Of a stretch of 37,981 bases of DNA, positions 1 through 8,051 are shown piece by piece. The notes under the pieces were generated by a model, which saw only the letters and a program-made list of their open reading frames with translations, did not search any database and was not told the DNA's origin. The stretch spans positions 1 through 37,981 of the forward strand of contig JACQID010000001.1 in the NCBI GenBank assembly GCA_016198685.1, given 5' to 3'. Made by a program: the position numbers and the translations under genes. The DNA comes from Candidatus Aenigmatarchaeota archaeon. GTDB taxonomy: Archaea; Aenigmatarchaeota; Aenigmatarchaeia; GW2011-AR5. How positions within the stretch are numbered: the stretch's first letter is position 1; the number at the start of each line of letters is the position of its first letter.

Positions 1-1
1 A

Positions 2-1477
2 GCGGAACAGGCCGCGATAGGCCAGACTAATAAGGTTCTGCAAACGGCGGAAATTGTTGCCGTTGAAGACGGAAGAATAACCATAAAGAATACAGGCACG
101 CATCCCATAAAGGCAAGCGATGTTGCGGTATTCATTGACGGCAATCTTTTGCCTATCGATAACACTATCGGAAACGTAGAGCCTGGCAGAACAAGAACTT
201 TTACTATAGACCTGTCTGATACGGAAAAAGAGAATTATGACGATGTGAGGACTGTTGAAGTTACTGTGCCAGGCAACAAGGCGACAAAAACCACAAAGGT
301 ATATGTTTTCGACCCGAATATCAGGCTCACGCCAAATCCCGGTTCACTTAGCGGCATTGCAGAAGGCAATGATGCTGTTTATCAGATAAGAGTTGAGTCG
401 AGAAACGGATTCCAAGGGAATGCGGATCTGACAGTCCAAAATTGCCCTGTCGTTGCTTCAAATTGCGAGCTTTCGGTGTCTTCTGTCGATCTGGGACTCG
501 GCGAATCCGAAGACATAATGCTTACAGTGCATACAGAAGGTTTACCTCCAGCAAATGCAATCACGATTCAAGGCACGTATGGAACTCCTACTCAAACAGC
601 GCAGGCCGTGCTGGATTTGGGAGTTGCAACGCATGATTTTGGTATAGATATAACGCCTGCCGTGCAGACAACAGAACAGACAGTTACTGCCGTCTATGAA
701 GTAAAAATAACGCCGCAGAATAATCTTGGGCATAGTTCCCATATCGTTGCGCTTTCGATTGCCGGCTGCCCGCCTTCAGCGACCTGTGTTTTTGATTCAA
801 ACAACTTACCGGCCTCGGGCGCAGGGCCATATATCACATACCTGAGGGTTACGCCTTCAATACCGACAGCTGCAGAAGATTATGCGATGAGCGTGACAGG
901 CACATACGCGGCCGTGACACACGAGAAATCCGCTTCCCTCATGGTGAATGAAGCGCCAAGGCTTGTCTTCATAACGTCAGGTCTTTTTGGCGGGGATATG
1001 GATGGACTGACCGGGGATCAATTATGCCAGAATGCGGCGGATGCTCCTTTGGCCCTGCCTGTATTCCATGGCAAAAACTGGGTAGCTTGGCTTTCCACTA
1101 GTTCAGAAGATGCAATAAACAGGATAGACTGGGAATCTTCCACGGTTTATAAGAAAGTGGTTAAAAATCCCGACAGCTCCTTGACCCAAGTGCTTGCGGT
1201 TAACGGCAAAAACGACATAGAGAACGACGGAACTATCACATCAATGATAGATAGGGACGAGACAGGCAATTATAATGCTGTGGAGTCATTCACAGGGACC
1301 CATAATAATGGTTTGAGGACCGCATACAACTGCAATGGCTGGGCATCAGACGATAATGCGGATTTAGCTACTCTTAGCGGCATCGCCGGAGGCACTGCAA
1401 GCTGGTCCGATTTCGGCACGGCTTTCACATGCGATAATATTGCATCTCTATATTGCTTTGAAGTAAGGACGCCGTGA
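2..1477 (+). CDS. 5'-truncated surface protein: pilin/archaellin-like segment, two Ig-like modules, C-terminal DUF1554-like (lectin/endostatin-like) domain
   Basis: The frame is open from base 2 (AEQAAIGQTNKVLQTAEIVAVEDGRITIKNTGTHPIKASDVAVFIDG...), so the TTG at 149 is not the true start. The ITIKNTG...V-VFIDG segment resembles archaeal pilin globular heads. The C-terminus RLVFITS...GDQLCQNAA...WVAWLST...NCNGWAS...CDNIASLYCFE matches the DUF1554 pattern. Confidence 0.7.
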   Translation, partial: AEQAAIGQTNKVLQTAEIVAVEDGRITIKNTGTHPIKASDVAVFIDGNLLPIDNTIGNVEPGRTRTFTIDLSDTEKENYDDVRTVEVTVPGNKATKTTKVYVFDPNIRLTPNPGSLSGIAEGNDAVYQIRVESRNGFQGNADLTVQNCPVVASNCELSVSSVDLGLGESEDIMLTVHTEGLPPANAITIQGTYGTPTQTAQAVLDLGVATHDFGIDITPAVQTTEQTVTAVYEVKITPQNNLGHSSHIVALSIAGCPPSATCVFDSNNLPASGAGPYITYLRVTPSIPTAAEDYAMSVTGTYAAVTHEKSASLMVNEAPRLVFITSGLFGGDMDGLTGDQLCQNAADAPLALPVFHGKNWVAWLSTSSEDAINRIDWESSTVYKKVVKNPDSSLTQVLAVNGKNDIENDGTITSMIDRDETGNYNAVESFTGTHNNGLRTAYNCNGWASDDNADLATLSGIAGGTASWSDFGTAFTCDNIASLYCFEVRTP

Positions 1478-1578
1478 ATTTGCATATGGGCTAAAATTTT
1501 TTTGATCATGATAAAAACTCCGTGAATTTGCATATGGGCTAAAATTTTTTTGATCATGATAAAAACTCCGTGAATTTG
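1472..1578. repeat. Tandem direct repeat: 2 exact 48-bp copies plus an 11-bp partial third copy
   Basis: The unit CCGTGAATTTGCATATGGGCTAAAATTTTTTTGATCATGATAAAAACT occurs at 1472-1519 and 1520-1567, and CCGTGAATTTG recurs at 1568-1578. The first copy contains the stop codon of the upstream gene. Confidence 0.95.
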
Positions 1579-1607
1579 TATGTCGAACTAAAATAAAGCG
1601 ATGATAT

Positions 1608-2630
1608 TCACGGTATGCAATGGGCCGGAGGATTCTTGAGAAGTCTTTCAAGCAGTTTTATTGCGGCTTTTATATCCTTCTTGTGCGCGATGCCTACAGT
1701 ACTATGGACGTTCCGAACCGGTATCCCAACAACGCTTGTCGGAACGCCGCTTCTGGAAAGGGATATTGATGCGGCATCCGTGGCGCCGTAGTCGGCGACA
1801 TTGAACTGCATGAGCATATTGTTTTTCCGTGCCGTGGTACTAAGCCATTTGTTTATGCATTTATTGCCGAGTATCTGCTCGTCCTTAATTGTTATGCATG
1901 GGCCGTTTCCCAGTATTATCGACGCTTCGCCGTCAGCATCTCTTGCATCCATGGCGTCAACCGCAATCGCCCAATCCGGCTCCACTTCGTACGCCGACGT
2001 TTTGGCGCCATAAAGGCCTATTTCTTCCTGCACGGTGAAAACAAAATAAATCTCACTAACCGATTTTTTTAGTAGTCTTGCAAGTTCTATCAATATATAG
2101 CAGCCTATCCTGTCGTCAAGCGCCTTGCCATATATCAAGTCATCATTCCCCAATATGCCGCTTTCCTGGACAAGGTTGAGATAATCGCCTATCTCGACGC
2201 CCTTTTGCTCCAATGTCTTCTTGTCCAATCCTGTGTCTATGTACATTTCCTTTAGCAAGGGAAGTTTGGTCACAGGCTCGCCGTTACTCATTTCTATTGT
2301 TGTAATAACGCCGTATAAACTTCCTTTCTCAGTATGTATCTTGACTCTTTGTCCGGGAAGGCTTATGGCAGTTACGCCGCCGATGGCGGTGAATGCTATT
2401 TTTCCGTCAGAATTTATCCTCTTGATCATGAGACCTATTTCATCCATGTGCGCAGCAAGCATGACCTTCGGCGATTTGCCCTTCTTTCTGGCTATTAGAT
2501 TGCCTGCTTTGTCAACGAAAATCTCGTCCACATAAGGCGATATTTCTTTTCGTATCAATTCTCTTATATGTTCCTCATTGCCTGACACGCCGTAGGCCTC
2601 GATAAGTTTCTGGAGGAGTTTCATTTGCAT
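1608..2630 (-). CDS. M42 family (TET/FrvX-like) aminopeptidase
   Basis: Motifs GVSGNE, AAHMDEIG, KALDDRIG, FTVQEEIGLYGA, IAVD and NVHS cover the M42 dinuclear metal ligands. An alternative start lies at 2624. Confidence 0.93.
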   Translation of the reverse strand: MQMKLLQKLIEAYGVSGNEEHIRELIRKEISPYVDEIFVDKAGNLIARKKGKSPKVMLAAHMDEIGLMIKRINSDGKIAFTAIGGVTAISLPGQRVKIHTEKGSLYGVITTIEMSNGEPVTKLPLLKEMYIDTGLDKKTLEQKGVEIGDYLNLVQESGILGNDDLIYGKALDDRIGCYILIELARLLKKSVSEIYFVFTVQEEIGLYGAKTSAYEVEPDWAIAVDAMDARDADGEASIILGNGPCITIKDEQILGNKCINKWLSTTARKNNMLMQFNVADYGATDAASISLSRSGVPTSVVGIPVRNVHSTVGIAHKKDIKAAIKLLERLLKNPPAHCIP

Positions 2631-2737
2631 AAATGCTGTAGGTGGGATTTATAGTTAACGAAATAGGGGTAGGGCAGTAATCGGATTTAGCTGATCGAAA
2701 AGATGAGAATCTGAATAATGTTGAGTTTCCTAATATA

Positions 2738-2745
2738 TTTATATA
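2738..2745 (+). promoter_or_regulatory. Putative TATA box for the ZIP-like / P-type ATPase genes
   Basis: TTTATATA lies about 21-28 bp upstream of the ATG at 2766, which supports a leaderless start there. Confidence 0.55.
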
Positions 2746-2765
2746 AGGCGAAGCAAAATCTAATC

Positions 2766-3458
2766 ATGCTTCCAAGCTATTACCCTCTTGTTTTCGGGAT
2801 TATATTCTTTTTGTCGCATTACATCGGCGATAAAATACACAGCAATCACCGGCCGAAGATATTGTTGCTTTCGGTAGGCATCTCGCTTGCATACATATTC
2901 CTCTATCTTATGCCGGAAGCTATAACTTTCAACCTGAATTCCGCCAAATTGCTGCCGGGATTCATGCTTCTGGGAATAATGCTTTCAAGAGTTTCGGAAA
3001 TGCACATCAGAAGGCATAGAAGCCTTCTTACCATAAAGAAAGAGCTGAAAAATATACATTCGATAGCATTGTTTGCATATAACCTAATAGTAGGAATGCT
3101 CATAATAGAATTCTCGAAAATAGGCATTGCGGCAGCTCTGCTATTCTTCCTGCCTGCATTGTTCCATTCAGCAGCTGGAAGCATATCAATAAGCGGAATA
3201 CACAAATCAGTGACCGAAAGCGCCCCCATGAAAATCCTGCTTTCATCTTCAACCCTGTTTGGCATATTCATCGCCGGCTCATTATCGTTGTCAGCGCCTC
3301 TATTCGGGGCAATGCTCGGGCTCACGATAGGTGTCATGCTATATTCAGTCATGCGCGATGCGGTTCCATGGGAAAACATGAAAAATGCGCAGTACTTCAT
3401 TCTGGGCATACTTCTGTATGCGTTGGCGATAGAGGCCAGTATGCTATTTCTGGTCTAG
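2766..3458 (+). CDS. Polytopic membrane protein, ZIP (zinc/iron permease)-like
   Basis: About 7 hydrophobic segments. GISLAYIFLYLMPE, LFHSAAG and GVMLYSVMRDAVP resemble ZIP TM2, TM4 and TM7 patterns. The start is moved from 2718 to 2766 on the basis of the TATA position. Confidence 0.55.
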   Translation: MLPSYYPLVFGIIFFLSHYIGDKIHSNHRPKILLLSVGISLAYIFLYLMPEAITFNLNSAKLLPGFMLLGIMLSRVSEMHIRRHRSLLTIKKELKNIHSIALFAYNLIVGMLIIEFSKIGIAAALLFFLPALFHSAAGSISISGIHKSVTESAPMKILLSSSTLFGIFIAGSLSLSAPLFGAMLGLTIGVMLYSVMRDAVPWENMKNAQYFILGILLYALAIEASMLFLV

Positions 3459-3464
3459 GATGAT

Positions 3465-6065
3465 ATGATGGAACATCATCTCTCCAGCGCCGAAGACGTT
3501 ATGAAGAGTCTTTCAACAGGAGAGCAAGGACTTAGCGACGAAGAAGCTCTTGCACGGCGCAGGAAGTACGGGGAGAACTCCATAAAAATCAAAAAGAGCT
3601 TTTCCGCATGGAAACTTTTGTTATCCGAATTTACAGACACGCTGGTAGTGATATTGATAATAGCCGCTGTAGGGTCCTATGTTGTCGGCTTTTTGCCCGG
3701 ACAGACCCCTGATGCGACAGACTCAATCCTTATTTTAGCAATAGTTGCGCTCAACGGCGCGTTTGGCTTTTTTCAGAACTACAAAGCTGAAAGAAGCGTT
3801 GAAGCGCTCAGGAAACTGGAAAGCCCTTCTGCTGTTGTCATAAGAAACGGGCTGAAAAAGAAGGTAGACGCAAAAGAAGCCGTTCCTGGCGATCTTTTGT
3901 TGCTTTCCGAAGGCTCTTTAATCCCTGCAGACTGCCGAATAATAAGGTGTGCAAATCTCACGATAGACGAATCCATGCTTACAGGGGAAAGCAATCCTGC
4001 TGAAAAGAATGCCGATGTATTGAACGGCGATCTTGGCATAGCGGAAAGAAAGAACATGGCATTTTCGGGCACAATGGTCGCGCGTGGCAATGCGACGTGC
4101 ATCGTGGTCAAGACAGGGATGGACACAGAACTGGGAAAGATAGCGGATATTCTTCAGAAGACCGCTGACAGGATGACGCCTTTTCAGGCAGAGCTGGAAC
4201 AGACAGGCCGAAAGATAGGATACGGTCTTCTGATGATCATAGGTTTTATAGCAGCATTCCAGTATTTTGCAGCCCATGCTGATCTTAAGGATACATTACT
4301 TATTTCCGTCAGTCTTGCAGTAGCAGCGATACCTGAAGGACTGCCTGCCGTAGTCACGGTTTCCCTGGCGCTTGGCATGCGTCGAATGCTTGCGCGCAAT
4401 ACCTTGGTGAGAAAGATGCCTTCAGTTGAAACTCTGGGTTCTGTCAACGTCATATGCACAGACAAAACTGGCACTATAACGGAGAACATGATGACAGTAA
4501 CTGACATCCTTTTTTCCGGAAAATCGTATTCGATAAAGGAAGGAAAGATATTTCTTGCATCGGCTGAAGTGGGCGCTGAAAATCTAGCGCCTATTCTAAA
4601 GTGCGGCGTGATATGCAATGATGCCTTCTTGGATGGCACGAAATATGAGGGCGACCCCACAGAAGCGGCATTGCTGCCTCATGCCATGCCCCTTCGCGTT
4701 AACGTGCCCAAAAGAGTCTGGGAGATTCCATTTTCCGCGAGCAGAAAGATGATGACGGTCGCGGTAAGGGAAGGAAGTTCGCTTATTTCTTACACAAAGG
4801 GCGCGCCTGAGATTGTCATAGAGAAATGTTCTCATATTCTTTTTCGCGGCAGAAAAATGAAGCTCACATCTGCAATGAAGAAAAAGCTGATGAAGATAAA
4901 TGAATCTATGGCATCGCGTGCTCTGCGTGTTCTTGCATTCGCTGTCAAGGAAGGAAGTAAAGAAAGCGCGGAAAAAAACATGACGTTTCTTGGAATGCAG
5001 GGAATGATAGATCCGCCGAGGAAAGGGGTCAAAGAAGCCGTGGCGCAATGCAGGAATGCCGGCATACGCATAGTGATAATTACCGGCGATAACAAGCTGA
5101 CGGCAAAAGCGGTGGCTAGCGAGGTAGGCATTGGCGGTGATATGCTTGACGGAAAAGAGATTGACGCAATGGGGCAAGGCGAGCTTTCCGAAACAGTAAG
5201 GAAAATTTCAATATTCGCGCGGGTGTCGCCTGAGCATAAAGTAAGAATCCTCAAGGCCCTGCAGGCCAACGGCAATATAGTTGCAATGACAGGTGATGGC
5301 GTCAATGATGCGCCTGCCCTGAAAAGCTCGGATGTGGGCATAGCCATGGGCTTGCGAGGTACGGATGTGGCCAAGCAGGCATCGCAGCTTGTGCTTCTTG
5401 ACGATAATTTTTCTACTATAGTAGCTGCTGTCAAAGAAGGGCGGACAGTCTTCAGTAATATACGAAAATTCGTGAATTACTTGCTTTCGAGCAATGTTGC
5501 TGAAGTAAGCGCAGTTTTCTTTGCCTCGCTTGCAGGCTATGTTCCGATAACCGCCGTGCAGCTTTTGTGGATAAACCTGCTCACAGATGGTCTGCCTGCG
5601 CTTGCACTGGCCGCAGATCCGCCTGCCAAGAACGTTATGTCAGTGCGGCCTCGGGACAAGAGCGACGGCGTAATTAACGGAACCGTTACCAAGATGATAT
5701 TGGCAACAGGGGCGGTGATGACATGCATCATTCTTTCGGCATTCTTCATGCTCCTTGACAAAGGTCTTGCTGTTGCGCAGACCGCAGTATTTACGGGTTT
5801 TGTCATGTACGAATTCATGAGGATTGTTGCCATAAGGCGTGAGGAAGGGCAGGGCATGTTCAGCAACCGATGGTTGATTTTAGCATTGTGCGCTTCATTC
5901 ATGCTGCAACTGGCGGTTATTTACACGCCGTTAAGCGGATTTTTCGGTACTGTATCTTTAGGAATCGATGAATGGGTTATACTTGCAGGCTTGGGGATTG
6001 CGGGATATGGCGCTACGGCACTTTTGACGAGTCGAATAGTAAAAAATGCCCGAAAAGCGGAATAG
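3465..6065 (+). CDS. Type II (Ca2+-type) P-type cation-transporting ATPase
   Basis: Motifs TGES, AAIPEGL, phosphorylation site DKTGT, KGAPE, DPPR, TGD, TGDGVNDAPALK and WINLLTDGLPALAL. Confidence 0.96.
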   Translation: MMEHHLSSAEDVMKSLSTGEQGLSDEEALARRRKYGENSIKIKKSFSAWKLLLSEFTDTLVVILIIAAVGSYVVGFLPGQTPDATDSILILAIVALNGAFGFFQNYKAERSVEALRKLESPSAVVIRNGLKKKVDAKEAVPGDLLLLSEGSLIPADCRIIRCANLTIDESMLTGESNPAEKNADVLNGDLGIAERKNMAFSGTMVARGNATCIVVKTGMDTELGKIADILQKTADRMTPFQAELEQTGRKIGYGLLMIIGFIAAFQYFAAHADLKDTLLISVSLAVAAIPEGLPAVVTVSLALGMRRMLARNTLVRKMPSVETLGSVNVICTDKTGTITENMMTVTDILFSGKSYSIKEGKIFLASAEVGAENLAPILKCGVICNDAFLDGTKYEGDPTEAALLPHAMPLRVNVPKRVWEIPFSASRKMMTVAVREGSSLISYTKGAPEIVIEKCSHILFRGRKMKLTSAMKKKLMKINESMASRALRVLAFAVKEGSKESAEKNMTFLGMQGMIDPPRKGVKEAVAQCRNAGIRIVIITGDNKLTAKAVASEVGIGGDMLDGKEIDAMGQGELSETVRKISIFARVSPEHKVRILKALQANGNIVAMTGDGVNDAPALKSSDVGIAMGLRGTDVAKQASQLVLLDDNFSTIVAAVKEGRTVFSNIRKFVNYLLSSNVAEVSAVFFASLAGYVPITAVQLLWINLLTDGLPALALAADPPAKNVMSVRPRDKSDGVINGTVTKMILATGAVMTCIILSAFFMLLDKGLAVAQTAVFTGFVMYEFMRIVAIRREEGQGMFSNRWLILALCASFMLQLAVIYTPLSGFFGTVSLGIDEWVILAGLGIAGYGATALLTSRIVKNARKAE

Positions 6066-6099
6066 ATATTTAAGCTTCCGCTCACATTAACAAAAAAGG

Positions 6100-6933
6100 T
6101 TGATGGTTATTCCTAAGGAAAATACGCATGCTGGCAAATCCGAAGTACACGTTTCAAGCGAGACCCGCCCTGTCCATCATGACGATCATATTAAGATTTC
6201 CAAGTCCAGCGTCAAGTGGCTCGGTCTTGTAATTGTCGCATTTCTCATAGGAACAGCGTATGGTACAATAACAACAATAACGGGCATGACGATGCTTGGC
6301 GGAATTCAGGTTCCTCAGCAGCCTGCAGAAGAAGCAAGAGCTACATTGAGCTTAGGTGATGCTCCGTCTTTGGGCGACGACAATGCGCCTGTCACAATAG
6401 TTGAATTCAGCGACTTCCAGTGCCCATTCTGCCAGAAGTTCCATCAGGAAACGCTTGGAATGATAAAAACAAATTATGTTGATACAGGCAAAGTGAAATT
6501 TGCCTATAAGGATTATCCGCTTACGGTCATAGGCCATGTGTCTGCCGACAAGGCGGCTGAAGCTTCAAGATGTGCGGGAGAACAGGGCAAATATTGGGAA
6601 TACCACGACAAGCTCTTTGAAAAGCAGCAGAGCGACTGGGGCTATTACGTGCAGGCAGAAGGCAAGTATCTTGACCTCGAAAAGGCAATGGTGTTCTTTA
6701 AGCAGTATGCACAAGACCTCGGTCTTGACACAGCAAAATTCAACCAGTGTCTTGACTCCGGGAAGTACACAAGTGCTGTGCAATCAGATATGTCAGAAGG
6801 CAATAGTGCTGCACAGCAGGTGGGCCAGCCGGGTCTTGGAACACCAAGCTTCTTTATAAACGGAAGGCTCGTATCAGGAGCGCAGCCTTATCAGGTCTTC
6901 CAGCAGCTGATAGACGAAGAGCTTGCAGCCTAA
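6100..6933 (+). CDS. Membrane-anchored DsbA/BdbD-family thiol-disulfide oxidoreductase
   Basis: N-terminal TM helix, GDDNAPVTIVEFSDFQCPFC active site, and cis-Pro loop GTPSFFING. Confidence 0.92.
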   Translation: MMVIPKENTHAGKSEVHVSSETRPVHHDDHIKISKSSVKWLGLVIVAFLIGTAYGTITTITGMTMLGGIQVPQQPAEEARATLSLGDAPSLGDDNAPVTIVEFSDFQCPFCQKFHQETLGMIKTNYVDTGKVKFAYKDYPLTVIGHVSADKAAEASRCAGEQGKYWEYHDKLFEKQQSDWGYYVQAEGKYLDLEKAMVFFKQYAQDLGLDTAKFNQCLDSGKYTSAVQSDMSEGNSAAQQVGQPGLGTPSFFINGRLVSGAQPYQVFQQLIDEELAA

Positions 6934-6942
6934 ACGCAACGC

Positions 6943-6950
6943 TTATAAAT
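6943..6950 (+). promoter_or_regulatory. Putative TATA box
   Basis: TTATAAAT lies about 21-28 bp upstream of the ATG at 6971. Confidence 0.45.
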
Positions 6951-6970
6951 TACCGTGCTGATTTATTGAT

Positions 6971-7411
6971 ATGAGGCTTTTGAAAGCTCTTGTTATTCCA
7001 AAATACTTTGGCATATTTGTTCTTTCTTTTATTTCATTTGTCGCCATCTACGTTTATTTTCAGGTCATTGGCATACTTGAGAATTTTCTCTTCTGGTTCA
7101 TGGTCACGCCTCCACTCAATCTTGCAATTTTTCTTGCATTCGCGCTTCTTCTGGGCGCGGCAATCTCTTATCAGGCATACCTGCGAAGCTTGCCTAAGAC
7201 ATGTCCCTTGAAAGAAAGCGCGGCGGCAACATCGTCTCTTGGAATCGTAGGCCTATTCATCTCAGCGTGCCCCGCATGCGCCTCATTGGGGATTTTCATT
7301 CTTCCTGCCAGTGCATTGGCGTTCATAGCAAATTACGGGATATTTCTCAATCTTATAGGGATAATTTCACTTATCTATCTTCTAAATTATCTTGGCGGTT
7401 TAAAAAAGTAA
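6971..7411 (+). CDS. Small 4-TM membrane protein with CxxC (SACPACAS) and an extra Cys (KTCP)
   Basis: Hydrophobic 146-aa ORF with three Cys, co-oriented directly after dsbA. Confidence 0.75.
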   Translation: MRLLKALVIPKYFGIFVLSFISFVAIYVYFQVIGILENFLFWFMVTPPLNLAIFLAFALLLGAAISYQAYLRSLPKTCPLKESAAATSSLGIVGLFISACPACASLGIFILPASALAFIANYGIFLNLIGIISLIYLLNYLGGLKK

Positions 7412-7455
7412 TATCAAATAACACTCATTTTGGAACATTTTATAATGTTATTTAC

Positions 7456-7504
7456 ATATAGTAAATTGCAACTAAAAATTTATCATTATCACAATTTACT
7501 ATAT
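7456..7504. repeat. Perfect 13-bp inverted repeat with 23-nt spacer (possible terminator hairpin between convergent genes)
   Basis: ATATAGTAAATTG at 7456-7468 and CAATTTACTATAT at 7492-7504. The right arm lies in the last codons of the minus-strand ORF. Confidence 0.7.
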
Positions 7505-8028
7505 AGGTATTTTATGTATTTTTGGGAGTCTGAATCATAAGAGAATCCAGCCCTTTCGGCATTCTTATTGTATCTGTTGTAAAGCCTCAGCAAATGTTCG
7601 TCCATGTCATCCTCTTGGGCATGCTCGGGATCTTCCATGCTATCTACCATTATACGGGAAAACCCATTCAACGCTGCGAGATTCGTCATCGTATCAAGAA
7701 GCATCCTGTCCCAGTAGATAGGGTTCAATCCTCTATTCACACGCCTTTTTTCATCTGTATCGCAAAGATACGTTCCCCTTCCCTGTATTTGGTTCACATG
7801 AACGGTGTTCCCGTCAACTTCAAAGCCTAAGCACGCTATAACCGTTTCTTTTCTTTTGAGCAACAGACTGTATCTTGTATCACGATGTATCGGCACCGCG
7901 CCTAAATTTGTGGAATTATCATCAAGTTCCAGTGTATATCCGCTAGGCTTGCCTGCGCCCGGCTTTAAATATCTCGCTACACGCCTGTCTATATACCGTC
8001 CAGTATCTTCGATTATTTCAAAATGCAT
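7489..8028 (-). CDS. Hypothetical protein, weakly VirK/YbjX (DUF535)/GNAT-like
   Basis: 179-aa ORF. VHVNQIQG, the MLLDTM..LA..NGF helix and the YN..AERAGF..D pattern recall DUF535/GNAT folds; family assignment is tentative. Confidence 0.55.
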   Translation of the reverse strand: MHFEIIEDTGRYIDRRVARYLKPGAGKPSGYTLELDDNSTNLGAVPIHRDTRYSLLLKRKETVIACLGFEVDGNTVHVNQIQGRGTYLCDTDEKRRVNRGLNPIYWDRMLLDTMTNLAALNGFSRIMVDSMEDPEHAQEDDMDEHLLRLYNRYNKNAERAGFSYDSDSQKYIKYLYSKL

Positions 8029-8051
8029 AATTTATGCGAAGCGAGAAAAGC

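Noticed and set aside
149-151. ORF-track start (TTG) for the first gene
   Set aside because: The frame is open and protein-like back to base 2, so the gene starts upstream of the window.
1472-1578. Possible CRISPR array or mini-array
   Set aside because: The repeats are head-to-tail with no unique spacers, and no cas1/cas2 is nearby.
1270-1651. Minus-strand ORFs 1270-1557 and 1448-1651 with repeated peptides
   Set aside because: They are translations of the 48-bp (16-codon) tandem repeat and of antisense sequence, with no independent coding evidence.
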